NCBI GenBank assembly: GCA_918797485.1
Contig: CAKKNE010000001.1
Coordinates: forward strand, 2,728,001 to 2,792,000
Direction of reading: 5' to 3'
DNA from: Pelagomonas calceolata
Taxonomy: Eukaryota
DNA: 64,000 nt
Shown here one piece after another: positions 49,714 through 62,197 of this stretch. Positions within the stretch are counted from its first letter, which is position 1. Each line of letters begins with the position of its first letter. A program made the position numbers and the translations under genes. The notes under the pieces were generated by a model, which was not told where the DNA came from, ran no database searches, and worked only from the letters and a program-made list of their open reading frames with translations.

Positions 49714-52676
49714 ATGAGTACCGAGGGTTGCCGACGAGAGAAATGGCACCTACTTCGACAGCTGCTATCAATCCGGCCTTCAACTTCGCATCCAGGGAGT
49801 TGCATAGAGAACATTTTCTGGGAGGTGGCGGCAACAGTGGAGGGAGATTACCATACTATTAAACCTGGTTTATTTGTTTTGAACAGCGTATCAGAGTTGA
49901 CTCATAAGTGTATATAGAAAAGTCGTAGGTAAGCGCGATTTCAAATAGCCTAGGCTGTCAGCGCCAACCAGAAATTCGCAATTGCTTGACACGGCTATAT
50001 CATTGTCTCAGTATAACAACTGGTCAGCTCGACTTGAGGGAGCTGCTATGCTCGCTCTATGCACTTGAAAACACCAGGCATGTGTATGAAAATCCAAGCA
50101 GATTGCTTTTCTCATTCTTTAAGCTGTATGCAGCGCCGGGAGGAAGCGCTGTTCGGAGTGATGTGGTGCGCATTATTTCTATAGCAGCTGTGACTCGCGC
50201 AGAAATCTCGCGCATGCTGATGGTTACTCACCACTTACCTCGATTTGTTAAGCTGTCTAGATTTCAGAGCTTCTTGGCGGTTCACCCGAATATCATTGAT
50301 GCATTTAGACTGCAATTATGGAACCAGCTTCCAGACTCTTCAAAGTTGGGATATTTGCAGTCGCGGGAGGATGCGTCAGCCAGGTGGTTTTGCCAATATG
50401 CACATGAAATAAATGTCAAATCTGCCACGACTTTTAGAGATCTGTCTTCATTGCGCTGTAGTTTTGGTGCATGGTGCAAGTTCCATCAAGGGGTGACTCG
50501 CATACAACTCCAGCAGAGGACGGTGTCTCTCCGCAAGTGCAAGACCTCTATCCTGTGGTGGCACTCTTATACTACCCAGCAACGTATATCACACGCACGG
50601 AGGCATATTGCGGCTGTCCTTGGTGAACGTGCAATTATGCGCCGTGTATTTAGGACTAAATGGCATCGATACAGTTGCAGCAAGGGGCGTCTTCGCCAAA
50701 TTTCAGATAATTTTGAAAGTCATTCTGTGGAGATTGCGCATGGTGCCTTCATTCTCCGTCATACCATGATATCCACCTTTCGCCGTAAAGCAATGATTCG
50801 GTGGCTAAGTTGGATTGCAAATGTCATGAAATGGGAAAAAGCCGGGCTACTAATGCATAGATACCTCAGGAGGCGGATCTTCAAGCAATGGATTGCTCAC
50901 TTTCGAGCCGTTAGGGGTTTTAGGGTTGGAGAGGAGGAATCTATCAACAAGCAGATCTGGTTGGCATCCGTGATCAAGCAAGCGGAGAAAGCAAATATGT
51001 TTGTCATGCAAGCAGCAAAGAATACGCGGCTGACTGCTATAGCAGATAAAAAACAAAAAGCAGCTTCAGTAAAAATGAACTTGCTGGCCTGGAATCAACG
51101 TAGGCGACAGGCAGAGCGTGCCGCAGATGATCGCATAAAGTTGGCTACGCAACAAGACATGAGAGCGAAACGCATAGCGAAAGAGAAAGAAGATCGTGCA
51201 GCAGCTTTCAAGGCCGCATGGGAGGCGCTAGAAAACTCGTACATCAAAGAACATCAACGAGCAACTTTATCATGGTTAGACTCCAGCTCCTCCAAGAGTC
51301 ACGTGTCGAAGGCATTCAAACGTATCAAGCGAGAGTTCTACCAACCGCCCACGCCGAGAAGTATAAATCGCGAAGCCCAACTGAAATCTTTAACTTCGAT
51401 TGTGCTTATTAAGATGGAATCAGTGCTCTTCCAAAAAGGAATCGTAATGGGGCATTTGATTCAGCAGTATGCTGAAAGTTCATGCGGTTTTCTTTCTCAT
51501 GATGAATTCAGATCGCTAGTTCGAGACTTGCCAATTGACCTGTCTCCAGAGCAAATTCGTGTGGTCGTTGGTACTTTGGATGCTGACAATGATGGTTATT
51601 TGGGTGTCGAAGAGCTTGAAAATGCACTACACCAAGTTCATAAATATAATGGTGTTTCTGCGTCGCCATGGCGAATGTACATTGACCCAGCCCAGGATGT
51701 TATGTGTTACCACAACCTAGCAACGAGTGAATTAGTATTCGAGCATCGTATGCATGATGCGAAGCTAATGGAGATTACAAAATCAAATTTCATCGCTGAA
51801 ACGGAGCTAGAGGCCATCAATCACATTCGGCGAGAACGCGCCCTCGTAATTTTGCCTACTGGGCTAGCAGCGTGTTGCAACTTTTAAAAATCATGAATTC
51901 TTGTTAGGCCTGGACTCGTGTTAAAGAGGACTATGCTAGCGTGGTCATGACACGAATGTATCGAAGTTTCAGATCAAGGAGAGAACAGGGAAGGTTGATG
52001 TGGAAGATCCAAGCACGGCGGCAAAAGCGAAATGCAGCACGCCATGCCATTGTTGCAACGAAACTTCAGTGCTGGTGGCGAGTGGTAAGCGCCAGGCTAT
52101 TATTCATCGCAAAAGTACGGCACCATGTGGAGGTCATCCCAAATCTTGTAGAGAGAAAACTGTCGCTCAGCAGCGCGCCAAGTACTCTCCAACCAACAAA
52201 TGATTTAATTTCTTCTTAGGTACTATTGCAACCACAATACTGGTGAGTGCACCTGGACCCCCCCCCGACACGGGTCGAATGTGCTTCATGCTCCGCAAGA
52301 CTATATTGTTGTAAATGAGAATAATCGCGTGTACTTTGTGAAGTGGAGCATGTCCCCTAATGAAGCGCATCTCCGTATGTGGAACAAGCCTTCAGGATAC
52401 CGTCGATGCACCAAATGTCTTCAAAATATTGCGCTTTTGGAATGCATTGATGTACCTGGCTTTTTCTGTTTTCGTTGCTTTCGCGCTTCCTTTGATGATC
52501 ATGATTTCGCCCGCGGAACTAAACAACAGAGGCGGGTCAGTCCTGTTTCTTGCACCCTTTGTTCACAGGGAAGAACAGCTAGTTGGCACTGCTTATCGAA
52601 TGGTCCAGGGCTTGCCGCCTGTTCCCTCTGCTTCACACGGATAGAAAATGTAGATATGAAGTGGTTAAGAATATGA
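49714..52676 (+). CDS. Hypothetical protein with EF-hands, WW-like segments, IQ motifs and C-terminal Cys-rich (B-box-like) region
   Basis: DADNDGYLGVEE (EF-hand), WRMYIDPAQDVMCYHNLATSE (WW-like), LQCWWRVVSAR (IQ) and CxxC clusters. Intron-sized gaps separate the ORFs. Confidence 0.7.
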
Positions 52677-53164
52677 TGAATAGCCGAAAAGTGGATGACT
52701 TTCGGCATCCGGAGCGCTCGAGCGCTCGAGCTGGGTGCTGGGGGCGGCAGATGGTGCAGGATATGGTGGCAGAGGTAAGACGGGAAAACGACGTGGATAC
52801 GGCCCCGTGGAAGCCGAGGCCCCTCCAAAGACCACACGGCGGTTTACTTCGGGTTGACGCCCTTGCTCGTCTCCATTGGCGTCTCTCTGATCTCTATTGT
52901 TGGCTCGTCCTCATCCGACTCAGAATCATCGAAGGCCTGTGAAATGAATCAGGAATATGACAGTCTGCACCTTGACACATCCAGGACCTGCCACTGAGTG
53001 GGGGAGCGTGAGAAAGATACCTCTTACCCCGCCTCCCTATTCCCCCTTAGACTAAGAACACGCGTATGGGGGCATTTCTTCACGCAATTAAATCCTAATA
53101 CCAACGGGGTAGACCACTGGGAGACCTGGCAGCACGGGACTCGTAAATCCGAGGCTGAATCAGT

Positions 53165-53360
53165 GTGCGATAAACAGGGCGAAATACCCCCCCTTATCCT
53201 ATACCCTTCCTATACACTTACATCACCCTTCAACACGCAAGGCGTAATAAACACAGTTAAACCAAAACTACTTAGTGTATTTTAAGGTAGCTCCGCGGCA
53301 GACTATCTCAGCCGCCGTACTCCCAAAGGCGCGTACTCCTTTGGTCTTGCATTATTCGCA
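53165..53360 (+). repeat. Dispersed repeat R7 (5' part also at about 8261-8350; 3' part also at 11688-11747)
   Basis: AACAGGGCGAAATACCCCCCC is shared with 8275. ACTATCTCAGCCGCCGTACTCCCAA.GG.GCGTACTCCTTTGGTCTTGCAT.ATTCGCAG is shared with 11688-11747. Confidence 0.8.
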
Positions 53361-53584
53361 GGTTATGGGCCCACGGTCCTAAGAGATACTCCGCCGTATT
53401 GCCTTTTGAAATCCTACACATTCGCGAGTGTCCACACTTCACTCGTTGGGATAGAAAGCCCACTGGCAGCCGTTTGTTAGCATTTTAATAAAATGAGCGA
53501 CCAAGCAACTGCTGGCTCCGAGACCGAAGAGTCAGCGCAAGTCCCCTCCGATCATCAGGGGACTCACACATATATAGTCATACG

Positions 53585-53813
53585 TCATAAATATAAATCT
53601 TAAGATTCTAAAATCAACATATGGTAAGGTCGGGGGAGGCCCGGGGAACGTCGTAATGAAAATCATGATTACTACACCACCCTTTTTTTATAAAATTACA
53701 CTACCCTTTTTTTATTAGAGGTCGATTGTCCTATGAGCGCAGCAAATAGGGCTTAATCGACCTCTAAAATCGAAAAACTGGTGTAATTTTCATTACAACT
53801 TATATCATCATCT
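53585..53813 (-). repeat. Dispersed repeat R4, copy 2
   Basis: Reverse-complement match to 47549-47757. Confidence 0.88.
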
Positions 53814-53902
53814 CAGGCTAAAATGCGACAAGCTCTTTCTACAAGCTCTAAGCGCCTGAGGCATATTTTTCCTTAATCTTCTAACTTGCAGACGATGGAG
53901 CT

Positions 53903-55942
53903 TCAAAGGGCGTCGACACAAGCCGTGAGCCCAGGGCCGTTGGCGATTGTACCGCAGCGGCGAAGAATTTCAGCAGCCTCTGCCCAGCATGTGGAGGCGA
54001 GTCGGGCGTATTGTGTACGCGCGGTGTCTGCGCGGTCCACGACTGCAGCATCTGCAGCGGCGGCCGCTACCTCCGCCGCCGCAACCGCGCATCCATTGTA
54101 AAAAACTGCCGCGGCCGAAAGACGCCGCGCTGCCTCGTGCCGACGAGATGGATAACGACGGAGAATGCGAGCAAGTCGCACATTCGTGGCTGCGCGAGGT
54201 GCGGGGGCACCTGCAGCTCCAAGACGCACCTCTGCTCGGGCGAAAGTATCACATGCAGCCTTATCATCACCAGTTGCCGCAGCTAATGCACCTCGCGCAG
54301 CCAGCACGAGCGCAGCGGCGAAATTACTTGTAACACGGCCGTAGACTACCTCGGAGGCAGCCTCGGCACGCTCTAGATGTGAAGCAGCGGCAGTGGCGGC
54401 CGGATCACGAGCTGCACCAGGGCTGCCGGAGCACGTCGGGCGCACGGTGACCGAAGCCTTTGCGCGTACGTCGGGCGTCCACTCTGCATCAGCCTTTGCG
54501 TCCGCAGTAGTGCCATTGGCGTGGTGGCGTCTAGACTCGCAAGTAGCCGCGAATTCTTCTGCCTCTGAGTCAATCCACTGCAAAGCCACATCTCCGCGGC
54601 GACGTGAGACTGCGCACGCAGCGACCTGCGCAGGAGACTTGCCGAAATACGTGTGGATGTGAAAGACGCGGATCCACGCTGCAACATCGGCGAGCGCCGC
54701 GTGTGCATCAGCAGCGACCGCTCCCGAGGGCCGGTCCGCATTTTTGCTCGCATGAAGTGCGGAGCGGAGCACATGTGCAGCCGCAGCGAGCTCTCCGCGG
54801 CGCGCGTGTGCTCGACCGCACAACACGTGTGCGCGTGCGCGGAGGTTGGCCACGCGCTGTACGGCTGCACGAGGTGACAGAGAGGTAGTACCACCTACAG
54901 AGACGGGAAAAGGGCAGGCGACAAGAGCAGCAACGCATTCCTCCCAGGTGACAGGTGCAGCTGCAGCTCCTCGCGCGGCATCAGCATCCACTCGCGCGCA
55001 GAGCCACACGGCCAAGCCTGAGCCGGCCAGGGCAGCTGCCGCAGATGATGATGCGATGACAGCATCTCGAAGTGGGGCGGCAAACGCTGCACCTGCGCCC
55101 GGCGTGACCACCGCTGCACGGAAAGCATGATCTAGTGCAGCCGTATCGTGCGTGGGTGCAACAGCCTCTAGGCGCCGCGTCACCGCTGCAAAACCACCAT
55201 GCGCTACGCGGAGAAATGAAACCACGCCAGCCCAGCTTAGGTCGCCACCTGGCACGTCTGGGCGCCGTGCGAAGCCGTCCGCACCCTCGAGTACGCCCCA
55301 GGGCTGCTCGGCGAGGCGCGGCTCGCCGGCGTTGGCCAGTATGGTGACCAATGCATGCCATGGCACGCGGCTCTGATGCGCTGCTGCTGCTGCTATTGAT
55401 GCTAATCGCGAGAACAGTCCAAGAACCGAGGTGGCAGCGGCTTCATCTGCCATGGACACCACATCATTGCCATCATCTACGCGAGCCGGCGTCTCAGTGA
55501 GCAGCGAGACCACTCGCTTTGCGTGTGCTTCCGCCTGTAACCAAAGTCCGGACGCGGCGTATGCGCGCGCAAGGTCAAGGAGTGCCTCGAGCGTATCGGG
55601 TGCTGCCGTTCCGTGGCAGAGGCGACAGAGGGCAACTGCACGCATACGGAGCCGAATAAGCACGTCAAGGAGCGGAGGTGCGTCAGAGGTTGAGTCGCGG
55701 GCATCCGCAACCCATGAAAAACTCGGGCTGATCCCCCCCGATCTCCAGGCCTCACCCTTTAGTTCATGCGCACGGCGTGTCGCCTCGAGCGCGTGACACC
55801 TGGCAAGGACAAGAGCAAGCCGAGCACTCGGTGGTGCTGCGGCGCATGCAGTGGGGTCCTTCGCGAGCCGTGCCGCGATTGCATGCCGCGCAGCTGGCGT
55901 CTCAGGCGCCCATGCTATTCCGTCTGTGCGAATCACGGGCAT
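53903..55942 (-). CDS. Ala-rich TPR-like protein, TTC23-like N-terminal motif
   Basis: 679-aa ORF. RMRAVALCRLCHG...LLDLARAYAASGLWLQAEAHA resembles TTC23/TTC23L. A probable in-frame intron lies near 54630-54680. Confidence 0.5.
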   Translation of the reverse strand: MPVIRTDGIAWAPETPAARHAIAARLAKDPTACAAAPPSARLALVLARCHALEATRRAHELKGEAWRSGGISPSFSWVADARDSTSDAPPLLDVLIRLRMRAVALCRLCHGTAAPDTLEALLDLARAYAASGLWLQAEAHAKRVVSLLTETPARVDDGNDVVSMADEAAATSVLGLFSRLASIAAAAAHQSRVPWHALVTILANAGEPRLAEQPWGVLEGADGFARRPDVPGGDLSWAGVVSFLRVAHGGFAAVTRRLEAVAPTHDTAALDHAFRAAVVTPGAGAAFAAPLRDAVIASSSAAAALAGSGLAVWLCARVDADAARGAAAAPVTWEECVAALVACPFPVSVGGTTSLSPRAAVQRVANLRARAHVLCGRAHARRGELAAAAHVLRSALHASKNADRPSGAVAADAHAALADVAAWIRVFHIHTYFGKSPAQVAACAVSRRRGDVALQWIDSEAEEFAATCESRRHHANGTTADAKADAEWTPDVRAKASVTVRPTCSGSPGAARDPAATAAASHLERAEAASEVVYGRVTSNFAAALVLAARGALAAATGDDKAACDTFARAEVRLGAAGAPAPRAATNVRLARILRRYPSRRHEAARRLSAAAVFYNGCAVAAAEVAAAAADAAVVDRADTARTQYARLASTCWAEAAEILRRCGTIANGPGLTACVDAL

Positions 55943-56671
55943 GGGTCCGCCCCACGCGAGCCCCAGGTGTTAGTATAGCGCAATGCTGCTGTGGGTGGCG
56001 ATGACATCTGTGCACGGGCATACGTCCTGTGTCAATACGCACCGTATAGTACGATGCTCACTCAGCGACTTCATCATCTGTTGCCATCTCCTCTGTCCCA
56101 GCCATGGCAGATATATATCCGAGTCGCATACGAGCTGTATCTAACACCACAGAGCCCGCACGCGGATTTTAGGACCGATCCGCATTACCTCTCAAAAATC
56201 ATGATCCACATAATGATGATGACTTCGGTAACCCGCCGGCGGCCGTGAAGGATGAATCCCCTCCCTCAGGCTCTCTGCCCGCCCCCGATCATTTTGCCAA
56301 GTTGGTTTCTTTGCCGCCGCGGGTTGATACGTAGTACAGCACCGCCGATTGTGCCGATTGTGGCTTCTGGCGGGTTGCACTTGTCCTTAGTCCGTAACAC
56401 CTGATGAATCGAGTGACCAACAAAGTGCGATTTTTGTAGAGTGTTTGATGACGTAGCCTCCTCCTCCTACCAAACAAAACACTGGCGTTGCTAGCAGGCA
56501 GTACTAGTATGTTCCTGCCTGATTTGGAGAAAATTCTGGTTCCACCCAATCCCCGGCTTAGCAACGGAATTCCTCTTTGAGCCCTATATAGATAGGCAAC
56601 GTTAGGCAATAACGTAATTATGGTTCAATTTGTACGTGGCGATGTTGGGTCGGGTTTATCCGGGACCCTCG

Positions 56672-56935
56672 CACCGCGTCGCAGCTGCTTTCTCAGCGCG
56701 AGGCTGCCCGCATGGTACCGAACTTTTGCAGCCTATTATTCTTAGCATATGGAACCTGCGCCTCAGCACAAGTTTCCCGCCATTTGGCCGGCGCGTGGCT
56801 GCACGCGCAATGCGCGCCACAAAATCAAAATCAAAGTCGACTATTTGCTTGACCCCCTATAAAATTCGAAGTCTCCAAGGAGTCTTAAGATTAGCAGGGT
56901 AATTTATCTTAATTAGGACTCATGGCGGATGGGTC
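56672..56935 (-). repeat. Dispersed repeat R3, copy 2
   Basis: Reverse-complement match to 34686-34961. Confidence 0.9.
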
Positions 56936-59900
56936 AACCCGGGGTGGGGTGGGGTCTACCCTAATCCAATTGGCTTGCCACAGCGGCCTTCGGATTCCGA
57001 TTACGACCGCCGTTGCGGGCAATGCGAAGTTCGTGGTGTACCAGGCGATGTACACATAGACGAGTTTATATCTCCGAAGCCCGTTTGGACGCTAGGTATT
57101 TTTACGCTGCAGCCCTTCAGTCTGATGCCTCCTGTCGCCGCGCCGGATCTATCCTCCCGCCCCGGTCCGCGCGCGCGGTTCACCCTGGTTCGACCGGGCG
57201 AGGCTACGGTCATCTTGAAGTGCCCGGGCCGTAGGTATCATAGCGTCGAGAGAGTAGCCGACTCAATGTTTTTCGGCGTTTCGACGTGGACCTTTCGCTT
57301 CTTGAATTTTTTATTGGCAGTTAGTTGGCTTTTCCCTCGCATCGTACCTCATGCTTCAAAAAGCAGCGGTTCTGGATAATAATGCAGCATGCAATCCTGC
57401 TAAGTGGTAGAGTCGACTCCCACGGGGATGAGTAAATTGCCAGAATCCACTGAATCCACTAACATACTTAGCAGAGATGCAGAGGCGGGCACGCGGCGCG
57501 GTGCAAGATCGGTTGTCTATTCCGTCCGCGTCTCGATTAGTATCTTTTAAAGGTTTGCTGCGATTAGTAACACGTAAGGGCAACCTTGATTGCCGGGTCT
57601 TCTAATGTCCTGTTTACCTTTTTTAATTGACAAAATGACCACCCCTTCTATTAAGCAACACTTTTGCTCATGGGAAAGCCATCTAAACTGGCGACTTCCT
57701 AAACCCGTCTACTATATAGCCTACTGCAGCATGGAATGAAGACGAATTCGGTGACCGAAAAAAAAACCGCAGCGGGGGGGGGGCGTATTGATCCACAAAT
57801 CCTTTGTTTGATCAACAGTAAGCTAGCTGGCCTGGTAATCCCATTGTCACCTCGGGAGGCTGCCCTGGCGTAGGAAGCGCTCTGTGCCAGAAATCCCCAA
57901 CAGGCGTCGATGGCGAGCTAGGACCAACCAAGGATCCAGCCACGAGCTCTTAGAAATATTTCCCCCCTTAAATTTTTTTTTGTTGGGTCTGGCAAGTCGC
58001 CCGAGCGGTCTTGGAGCGTGTGCAATGGCTGATTCACCTGGGCCGCGTCGAAATCATTACTTCGTCTGCTGGATCGCCTGCTAGATCTCTCTCTATATTA
58101 AATTTCCACATCAAGCCGCGTCATAATTCCTTATCAAGTCGCTGAGCGCCGAAAGTCGAATCTGCCGGCCGCCCGTCTCGTGAGTGGGAGGAAACGTGAG
58201 TGGGCTTACCTCGCCATCGCCTGCAGTCGTATATGTGGGAAGAAAAATTAGCGACAAGATCAGAAACGGTCGTCAGAGAGGTTGAGCAAGTAGTCCTAAC
58301 GGCGACGATGCAGATCCGTGAACGGTTCAAAATCTAATGATAGGTTTTAAAAGCTCGCGATGGCCGCGGAAGATTGATTGACCGGGCTTCCCAAAACAGA
58401 AGATTCATTGACTGGGCTTCCCAAAACAAAGCGGCTAGCTTTTTCCGACATCGGGAGTCACAAGACTACACGGTCACTTTGCTATGGCTCCAAGTACACT
58501 TTTTTTTTTAATTAGTAGCTCATGAATTACCGATTTTCCGCATTCTTAAATATAACTTGACCCCCCAAAGAAACGTCGAACCCAGCAGCAGAGCGCGTTT
58601 GTGGAAGTCTGTGGGGTTTTGGCTGTCTGTCGTCTATAACTAGTCAATGACTACCTCTACCTTGACGCGTGAGGGCCAGCGAGCACGATGGGGGTGGTGC
58701 AATGCCCCCCCCCCACCCCACCCCCGCCCGTTCTGGTATTATTAGTAGGGCCTGGCCTGGGATAGTACAACTCAGGCGGCTAGCGTAGACAGCCGGCCCC
58801 CTCGGAGTACATTCTCAGGCTTTTTTCGAATATGAAACTGGGTTCGTTCGTCTTGAATTAGGACTCACTGGCATGACCCCCTGTGAATATATATACTACG
58901 TGGGGACTTCGAAATTGATAGAAGGAGAATAGTAATTGCAGAGTCCGTCGTTTGGCGTTATGATTCGGAGGGGCAGGTTCCGAATGATAAAAACCTGCTT
59001 TCTGATGAGTGAGTACAAGGGCATAACAATATATATATAATCAATATTAGTTGGCCGGGTTTTATTTCAAGTTACTATACCTCCCAAGAAACTGGCTATA
59101 TAAACCGTAAAAACCCCGCCCAAAACCAAGGAGCCCTTGTAGATGTGTAAATAAACCAAGGGGCACTTACGAAAGAATTATTTCCTATCGTCCCACTGGG
59201 CCATATCTATATATGGCTCAAAGCCTGAGGGAATCCCCTCGTCTGTCTAAGCCTCAGGCTGAGCCGACAACTAACGTCCTGAGCCATGTCTTGGCTTGCA
59301 TGTGGCGACGGGAAATTGGTGGTCTGTTTGAGGTGCGTTGCTGTGTTAGGTGGTCGGGCGCTTCTCTACTAGTACTAGTAACAATTTGCAGATCTGTGTT
59401 TGCGGTCGTGCACCGATTTAGGGCCTCGCAGAGAGCAGCATCTCTCGGGCACTCGCAGACTGCCTAAGCAGACTGCCGAGATGGCTGCCTTTCGGCGCAC
59501 GCGTCTTAAGCATGGCGCAGACGAGTACCTAGAACCTCCACGCGCGCCCGGTTGCTGCCCCGTGCCGTACGCGAGCATGGGGAACGCGATAAAAACTGGG
59601 CGGTCGCGTAGAGGAATTTCCAAGGTTATGATTTTTTTGCACCATTCCGGGGCTTCAGAAGAGTCTCTGGGTCGAATGAAGTCCGATTTTTTCGCTTGAG
59701 CTTTACTCAGTGCTGTAGATAGAAATCGAATGACCTGTGCGCGTAGCAAGTACAGGTCGTGTTTACAAAAAAAAAAACGGCTACGACTAGTCCGGTCGCT
59801 CGTCACCGTGATTCAGACGAGAACAACTCGCGAGCAGGTGCGCCCGCATCGCCGGACAAAGTCCAAGGAGGCGAATTCATGCCTTTCGCTCGGGGTCCTC

Positions 59901-60013
59901 GCACTTTTCTTGTACAGTCCGCTCAAAATTCGTGAGTTCAACCCTGACCATGGGTATCGATAATTGTCGCTCTGTGCAGTTAGCCCGTGCGGACAGGCAC
60001 CGAGAGTGTCGTT

Positions 60014-61920
60014 TTATTTAAAGGTGGTTGCGCTAACCACATGAAAAAAAATGCAGCTGTACACACAGATAATACGTCGCCAGTGGAATTGCCGCACGAA
60101 TCCACGAGAGTACTGAACATGTTGACCTAAACAAAACAAATTGCAATCAGCATAGAATTTAAGCACCATGGGCACCCACCGCCAAATTTGGTGCACCGTA
60201 CTTGAGTGCAGAAAGCACAATTTCCGCTGCAGAATTGCAATTCCCCCCACTATTGGAGAACATAGTCAAATACGCATGTCTCGGTAAACAAAAGTGATGG
60301 CAACATGCAATACTAAGAGCATCAAGCACTAAATTCGGCGAGAGCCTATGATTCACGATGCACACATCAAGGTGACAAATTAACGCAGTTAATGATTGAT
60401 TCGCACGTTTGGAGTCTGTTTATTGTTTCTCGAGCGTCTTTTAGCTCAAGAGGGCAGGAAGCAAGGGAAATTAAACATTCCCAGCTTTCATAATTTCCCC
60501 AGAGAACTGAAACCTCACCTTGGCTGAGGTAAGTGCCTTTTAGAATAGATGGAATATCTAAATCAAACTTTTCCAGTAGCTTTGATGGTGGTATCATCAT
60601 CTTGGTATCTCGCTGGACAGTTCGGATAAGCACTGTCAGGCTATTCAATTGCGGTCTAGGTACATCCACATTTAGATTGTTTGAGAATTGCGGGAGAATC
60701 ACTAACAATCTGCAAAGAACACGGATAACCTGTACATCACTAGAGAGGCTGTTCGACAACTGTCTAAGTGTGTCGAGCAACACCGGCGTGCTAGAAGATA
60801 TCAATAATAAAGTCAGGGCGATATTTGTGTTTTTGCATGACCATTTTGTCGCCTGTGAATCAAATTGGACAATCTTTGTGCAAACAAAAAGTCTGCTTAC
60901 CTGCTCCCTTTGGAACATGAAATGTGGGTGTTTTCTGCCATTCAGCGTGCATTGGAGGCAATCTAGAATTTGTGATACTAATGATCTTGGGGAGCAACAG
61001 CGATAGTATCCGGTAGGGTCGTCGGTAGGGTCATGTCTCGCCATCCACAGGATTGGCACCCCCCCCCCACTTATGAGGTCAGGTACAGTACTCCTGTGAG
61101 TCAAATCGACTAGTGTATCAAGCAGGGCTTTTATGCTCGTCGCAACCATTTTCACAACTAGTTGATCTGAATGAAACAACATCCATATAAGTGGCACCAA
61201 GACTCTGCTATCAATGGCCGTGTAACTTGTGCTTGTATGACATATTTCGCCAAGAGCTAGTCTGATTGCAAACGCCTGTCTGAAATGAGTCTGGGACAAG
61301 AGAAGTTTCAAAACGGATGACGATTGGCACTTGCATATTCCAATATTATTACTACCACGCAGAGCGGACACGAGTCCAATAGCTACTCGAGGGTAGCAAT
61401 CACACTGTACTGTGTCCTCGCAAAATACCATAGTTAAGAAGTCATTGAGTTCCTTTTTTAGCGTCCCTGTGGTAATTACTGCGCACTTAACAAATGCAAC
61501 CAGTGTTTGATGCGCTGCTTCGAGGAGAGCTGATTTATTGCGCATAGACTTTAAAATACACAGAATTATGCCAAGAGAGTAGCTGTGGCACAGCAGCTTA
61601 GGACTCAGGATAGACATTTCGCATACCAAACAATAAGTGGCGCGTAATGAAAGCAAGTCTCGATTTGGCAAAGCTAACAGATCGCGTATACTTTGCCACA
61701 GCAAGGTAGATTGTTGAAGTCGGGTGGTCAGCATTGTATGCAACCTAGAGGCGCCACATCCGTTGGCAGCCGAAATCAGGAGGATTAATGTGCCCATGCA
61801 ACGTGGAACTTGGGTAGGGTTGGCAAGATCCTCAATAAGATGATCAACTAGTTTATGATTAAGGAGGAAGGCAGCCAAAATCTCCTGTCTCCCCTGGTTT
61901 CTCCCCTGTTTTCTCCTCAT
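60014..61920 (-). CDS. Hypothetical Leu-rich helical (ARM/HEAT-like) protein; 3' exons uncertain
   Basis: 517-aa ORF 60367-61920 followed by plausible downstream exons after GT-AG introns. No family was recognised. Confidence 0.5.
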
Positions 61921-62135
61921 TAAATATTTAGAGAGGCCAAGGATCCGTACGGTGATGCCTCCGGGCCCAAGCCTAGTCCTAGTCCGCCAGGAGCGGCTTT
62001 TGATGGGCGAAGTTCACGCGGGCTCCAAGCACATCCCACGGAGTCGTATCATAATATGGTGGCCCTACTGCGGTAATTCGGTATGGAATTAATACCAGGA
62101 TTATATGATTATGATTAACGTGACCTGCCAGAGTC

Positions 62136-62197
62136 GGTCCAGAGAATGCTCAGTGACATACTGCGTGGTCCAGAGAATGCTCAGTGACATACTGCGT
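62136..62197. repeat. Tandem duplication of a ~31-bp unit
   Basis: GGTCCAGAGAATGCTCAGTGACATACTGCGT x2. A similar 30-bp x2 duplication sits at about 58368-58428. Confidence 0.85.

Noticed and set aside
56975..59963. Several 70-140 aa ORFs in the long spacer
   Set aside because: No homology cues or coherent exon chain. The region is rich in repeats and low-complexity DNA.
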